Below the pieces are notes generated by a model. The model was not told where the DNA came from, ran no database searches, and saw only the letters and a list, made by a program, of their open reading frames with translations. DNA of 64,000 bases, taken from the IMG/VR virus record IMGVR_UViG_3300006139_000004, positions 69,492 through 133,491 of that record; one strand, written 5' to 3'. Numbering within the stretch: the first letter of the stretch is position 1; the number at the start of each line of letters is the position of its first letter. This DNA is from a virus. Taxonomy: Duplodnaviria > Caudoviricetes. A program made the translations under genes and the position numbers. This document shows, piece after piece, positions 59,784 through 64,000 of the stretch.

Positions 59784-61424
59784 TTAATACATTCTTGGCC
59801 TACGATTCAACGCTTTTAACCGTTCGGCAAATGATTTAATGTCAACATTTGATTTACTTCCACTATCATCTACTTTTACAATATAGTAAAGCAAATAAGC
59901 AACCGCAGAGAAACGGTCTTTATCAAACTTACTTACAACTTTCTCAACGGACAGATTCTTACCACTCTGAAGAAGTTTTAAATTACCAACCTCTTGGAAG
60001 AACAATTCCTCCTGTACAAAAGGCATAACTTTTGAATTTAAATCATCATTATCCTTAATAGCATAGTCGCCGCCATTTTTACTCTCTAAAAATCTCAATA
60101 TGCCAGAATCAATCATATCAATGAAATTTGTCAAAATCATTGTTTGGCAAGACTGAGCCTTGAGATCATAAAGGCATTTATCGGCTTTCTTTGCATCAGG
60201 AACAGCATCAGTATTGATCGTGTCCCAAGCTGGATATGTTTCTCCAGTTAAAGGATCGTATGTTTCTTCCATCAGTTTATCAATCAATCCAGTTCCCAAG
60301 CCATTGCCATCGACAACAGCAATCTTGGCGTTATATCTCTTTCGGACACGCTTGACAATACAAGCCTGAGTTCCAAAGTTCAGCATATTTGAAACATGAA
60401 TGATATTTGCTAACTGAATCTCCGTAATTTTACCATCAGAGTTTCTTATAACCTTACCAACTGCAATAGATGACTGGTTATTATTCTTGTTCTGAGAACG
60501 TGCAACGTCCATTGCCAAATAGAACTCATCGTCATCACTTGTGCTGCTTAATATTGGCTCTGTAAGAGTCCGACAATTCATAAAACGGTTGATATTTACC
60601 AACGCACCTGTTGAACTACCTACCCAATTCCCACCGTAGTTCATATCAAAAGCAATAGAGGACATATTTTTCTTTTTCTCTAAAATAGTTCTTTTACTTG
60701 AACCACGACCATACCAACAACCAAGCATCCAGTTTGAACCTAATACAATTTTACCCTTTATATCCCGCATATCGTGGAACATTGCAAGGTTTCGGTTAAA
60801 TTCATCTGAACCCCTAAATCCGGGAGTAGTATAAAAATTAATCTGCTGATTCATTTCCTCTGGATTGACGATTGCTAATTTACCGCAAGTAGTACGACCA
60901 ACTTCAACAACAGGTTCAAGAGCATCTTCAAAAATAACATTATCCATCAAGTTAGATTCTTCGATGCTAATACGCTTTCTACGCTGGCCTTTGCTGGTTT
61001 GTGCGTTAGCTAAAGCATCAATTCTTGCACCGTTCTTAAAAACGATCAGAGCGTCACCTTTAATAAAGCTGGACTTCTTTATTTCATTTTCCAGCATTGG
61101 GTAATAACGAATTAACTCCGTATACTTATCTTTCAACAATGCGGCAGCGTTCTCTTTTGTTTGTGCTGTTAAAGACAGTTCAATATTAGGATAACGAATT
61201 GCAACTACGACCATCGTTGCAAATTCTAAAAACGTCTTTCCATAGCCTCGATTAAAACAACCATGTTCACTAAAAAATCGTGCGCCAGCCCTCATAAAAA
61301 CTCGCTGATCTAAATGTAATTTAATACTTCCCTCTGCGGGAGCCATCAAATCTAATGCCAAGTCCGGATACCACATCCACCAACTTGCAAAATCATCACA
61401 TTTTTTAATTTCTTCTAATGTCAT
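59784..61424 (-). CDS. terL: Terminase large subunit
   Basis: RGYGKT Walker A, GQRR, DVAR, VDGNGLG, KDRFSA. Confidence 0.9.
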   Translation of the reverse strand: MTLEEIKKCDDFASWWMWYPDLALDLMAPAEGSIKLHLDQRVFMRAGARFFSEHGCFNRGYGKTFLEFATMVVVAIRYPNIELSLTAQTKENAAALLKDKYTELIRYYPMLENEIKKSSFIKGDALIVFKNGARIDALANAQTSKGQRRKRISIEESNLMDNVIFEDALEPVVEVGRTTCGKLAIVNPEEMNQQINFYTTPGFRGSDEFNRNLAMFHDMRDIKGKIVLGSNWMLGCWYGRGSSKRTILEKKKNMSSIAFDMNYGGNWVGSSTGALVNINRFMNCRTLTEPILSSTSDDDEFYLAMDVARSQNKNNNQSSIAVGKVIRNSDGKITEIQLANIIHVSNMLNFGTQACIVKRVRKRYNAKIAVVDGNGLGTGLIDKLMEETYDPLTGETYPAWDTINTDAVPDAKKADKCLYDLKAQSCQTMILTNFIDMIDSGILRFLESKNGGDYAIKDNDDLNSKVMPFVQEELFFQEVGNLKLLQSGKNLSVEKVVSKFDKDRFSAVAYLLYYIVKVDDSGSKSNVDIKSFAERLKALNRRPRMY

Positions 61425-62476
61425 AATTCGATTTGATCATCATTGTCGCTATAATAATCTGGCGGCAACTCAATAAACTCCTTAATTTTTTCACGATTAG
61501 TTAGTGTTGGATCATCAGTAAAAATATGGTTCGGATCACCATATTGCTTAACATACTCGGCTACCTTTTCATCATAGAATTTGTAAACATCCTCATATGG
61601 GACTTCTGGTTTTCCCTCCAACCTACGACAATAGTTTATATAGCACCAAATAATAAAATCTGGCGCATCACTTGGTCGATATTTAAACTGTGGCAAAATC
61701 CTTGTTACGTCTTTTACACGTTCAAATTTTTGAAAGAACTCAGAAAAACACGTCACACCACCTTGTACATCAATGGAATTTAATTGCTTGAGTGCTTCGG
61801 TAGTCAGTTTAGACCATTTCTCAGCATCAGCAATAATGCCGGAATTTGTTGCGATTTCTTCCTTTGCAGCGAAACGAACATAACGTAAAAGTAAGTTTTT
61901 CTGATTGCTTGAAATATTCGGATAATCTTGCTTAGTATCATCATAAATTCGTTGCATTGTTTGATACTCTTTTGAGGTATATCCTTCTCCAAACAACCTA
62001 ATCATTTCCTCGCTTACTTCAAATTCCTCATCGTTCAAATAATATACTTTTTCGTTTTGATTTGTTTTACGCCAAGAACTTCCAACAGCATTATCGCTTT
62101 GAGCCGCTTGACTATATTTCTCACCTTGTTCAAAATCTAACATTTTAAATTGGGGTAACGAATTAATCTTTGTAAGATATTTTCCAACGATTAAACTTGC
62201 AGACGAATCAATACCGTATTGACTAACAGTTTGATCCCATTCCTTTTTTATAAAAGGCTTATCTAATTGACGCATAATGAGATAAACTTTTTCATCATTT
62301 GCAGTTCCATCTTCATTAGCACACGCTTTAATCACACATTCCTTACACATAGGTATATACCCATCTTTATGTAATGGATTGTAGCTTCGATAAAACCCTC
62401 GTTTTAAAGTTTTTTCTTCTCCACAAGTAGAACATATTTTTTTGGCAGTAGTTAAACTGCCTGATCTGTTTGCCAT
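61421..62476 (-). CDS. Putative terminase small subunit/Zn-finger protein
   Basis: CSTC..CKEC, LDKPF; overlaps terL start. Confidence 0.55.
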   Translation of the reverse strand: MANRSGSLTTAKKICSTCGEEKTLKRGFYRSYNPLHKDGYIPMCKECVIKACANEDGTANDEKVYLIMRQLDKPFIKKEWDQTVSQYGIDSSASLIVGKYLTKINSLPQFKMLDFEQGEKYSQAAQSDNAVGSSWRKTNQNEKVYYLNDEEFEVSEEMIRLFGEGYTSKEYQTMQRIYDDTKQDYPNISSNQKNLLLRYVRFAAKEEIATNSGIIADAEKWSKLTTEALKQLNSIDVQGGVTCFSEFFQKFERVKDVTRILPQFKYRPSDAPDFIIWCYINYCRRLEGKPEVPYEDVYKFYDEKVAEYVKQYGDPNHIFTDDPTLTNREKIKEFIELPPDYYSDNDDQIEL

Positions 62477-62496
62477 ACTGCCACCTCACTTGAAAT

Positions 62497-62919
62497 TTAT
62501 ATTTTTAGAACATTTTCAATCAAAAAGTCAGATTCATAATTAACTCTACTTTTCATCCCACTTTTTGTATCCTCAAATCGAATAGTAATTGCTGACATAG
62601 GATTATCTGGAACCTTCATTAAATATATTTTGTCTCTATCAAGACTATATAAAGCAAAATAGTCAATCTCGGAATTTAAATACTTCCTTCTTTCACCATT
62701 TGTTCTATGCGCCGTTGATGATGTTAAATCAAAAATTGAACATCCATTTTTTGATTTAATGGATGTTTTCACCTGAATCTTGTTTAATTTTCCATCAAAC
62801 TCAGCAATCAGATCAGCTTTCTCATCATCACCAAACGGAATATAAATAGGGATACCCATTTCAACAAATTTAGCGAGAACTTTTGCTTCTCCGATATTTC
62901 CAATTCGTTTACTATTCAT
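62497..62919 (-). mobile_element. PD-(D/E)XK homing-type endonuclease
   Basis: GNIGE, PFGD..ADL, IQVKT, EIDYF. Confidence 0.75.
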
Positions 62920-62991
62920 CTTTCATCCCCTTATAAATAAAGATACCAACGCTCTTACCATATCTTTCGATCAGTAAAAACGTTGGCATTT

Positions 62992-63066
62992 TGGTAGAAG
63001 GTGTCGGACTCGAACCGCTACTCTTGCTCCCAAGGCAAGCGTGTTAGCCATTACACTACACCCTCT
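62992..63066 (-). tRNA. tRNA-Pro(TGG), atypical
   Basis: CTTGC-CTTGGGA-GCAAG anticodon arm, GGTTCGAGTCC, CCA; T-stem mismatched. Confidence 0.6.
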
Positions 63067-63164
63067 ATATAAAGCCGCACTTACACGGCAGTAGTGGTCT
63101 ATTCCCACCGTCAGCACCCGAAAAGCAAAGAAAGGAGATTTGTTTGCCGCTTACCCAAGGCGGC

Positions 63165-63249
63165 TGGTACTGCTGACGGGGATCGAACCCGTATGCCTAA
63201 TGGCGAGGGATTTTAAGTCCCTTGTGTCTGCCAATTCCACCACAGCAGC
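63165..63249 (-). tRNA. tRNA-Leu(TAA)
   Basis: Cloverleaf, AGGGA-CTTAAAA-TCCCT, long variable arm, CCA. Confidence 0.92.
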
Positions 63250-63258
63250 ATATTTACT

Positions 63259-63489
63259 TTATTTCTCCCAAGGAACAAGGTCGTATAAATCAACTGGCGA
63301 ATTTGCAGTTTTAATCTTTATAAACCCCTTATTAACCACTTGCCATAATGTAAACTTCTTTCTTTCTACATTCTGACTAATTTGATATTTCTGACCAGAA
63401 TTTGTTACACATAATACACCAGCACCATTATCAGATGCAGGAATACTTTTCACAATCTTTTCAGTCGTTTCTTCTATTTTCTTTCTCAT
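63259..63489 (-). CDS. Hypothetical protein within tRNA cluster
   Basis: GAGGT RBS, 76 aa. Confidence 0.6.
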   Translation of the reverse strand: MRKKIEETTEKIVKSIPASDNGAGVLCVTNSGQKYQISQNVERKKFTLWQVVNKGFIKIKTANSPVDLYDLVPWEK

Positions 63490-63510
63490 AACTCAACCAC
63501 CTCAAAATTA

Positions 63511-63584
63511 TGGCAGGGGTAGTAGGAATCGAACCTACGCTCAAGGAGTCAAAGTCCCCAGCCTTACCGCTTGGCTATACCCCT
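63511..63584 (-). tRNA. tRNA-Gln(TTG)
   Basis: GGGGA-CTTTGAC-TCCTT, GTTCGATTC, CCA. Confidence 0.9.
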
Positions 63585-63657
63585 ATATAAATCCCGCTGC
63601 GTTGCAAGCCGCCCTCGCTAAAAGTGAGATGAACCAAGACCATTGTTATACGGGATA

Positions 63658-63733
63658 TGGAGACATTGGTGGGATTTGAACCCACGATCATAGTTTTGCA
63701 GACTACTGCCTTACCAATCTTGGCTACAATGTC
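63658..63733 (-). tRNA. tRNA-Cys(GCA)
   Basis: GTAGT-CTGCAAA-ACTAT, U73, CCA. Confidence 0.92.
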
Positions 63734-63911
63734 ATGTCCTGATTTTTCAGGACTATTAATTACTTGAGATTACGCATTGTCGATTGAAGCCGCTTTCCCT
63801 TGGCTTCTTCACCTCCCGGCATTTGTAGTCCAAAGTATTTCTCCGCTACTCCCACAACTGCGCCCTTCGTTCAACCCGGCGCACTCTGCTGACCACAGAG
63901 TTTTCTTTATC

Positions 63912-63998
63912 TGGTGCTGGTAGTGGGACTTGAACCCACACGGTATTGCTACCAACAGATTTTGAGTCTGCCACGTCTGCCAATTCCATCATACCAGC
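63912..63998 (-). tRNA. tRNA-Leu(CAA)
   Basis: GCAGA-CTCAAAA-TCTGT, long variable arm, CCA. Confidence 0.92.
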
Positions 63999-64000
63999 AT

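Overview
A 64-kb slice of a large temperate tailed phage of an anaerobic Firmicute, probably a gut Clostridia host; the head and tail gene order resembles SPbeta-like siphoviruses. Two arms converge on an apparently intact attP (about 18960-19290), so this looks like the excised or virion form. The left arm (+ strand, 1-18957) carries replication, repair and nucleotide-metabolism genes (DnaE 3' part, ERCC4 nuclease, LigA, ThyX, NrdDG, dUTPase, a broken folD), then Tn916-type xis/int. The right arm (- strand, 19357-64000) carries a tRNA cluster, terminase, portal, capsid, tail, a ~2980-aa tape measure, tail fibre/adhesin genes, a second tyrosine recombinase and the lysis genes. Main highlights: (1) A complete diversity-generating retroelement. 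TR 27353-27475 and VR 28282-28404 differ at 17 of 123 nt, all at TR adenines. It also has Avd, an RT with a long C-terminal extension, a post-VR hairpin, its own promoter and a structured spacer RNA. (2) A eukaryote-like WGR + helical + catalytic PARP with an intact H-Y-E triad, directly behind a TARG1-like macrodomain. This is a candidate phage ADP-ribosylation writer/eraser pair and my best candidate for an under-described system. (3) A 17-nt motif in front of ligA, thyX and folD. (4) Two homopolymer frameshifts and a probable microhomology deletion in folD. All product calls come from recognising motifs by eye; no database search was run.
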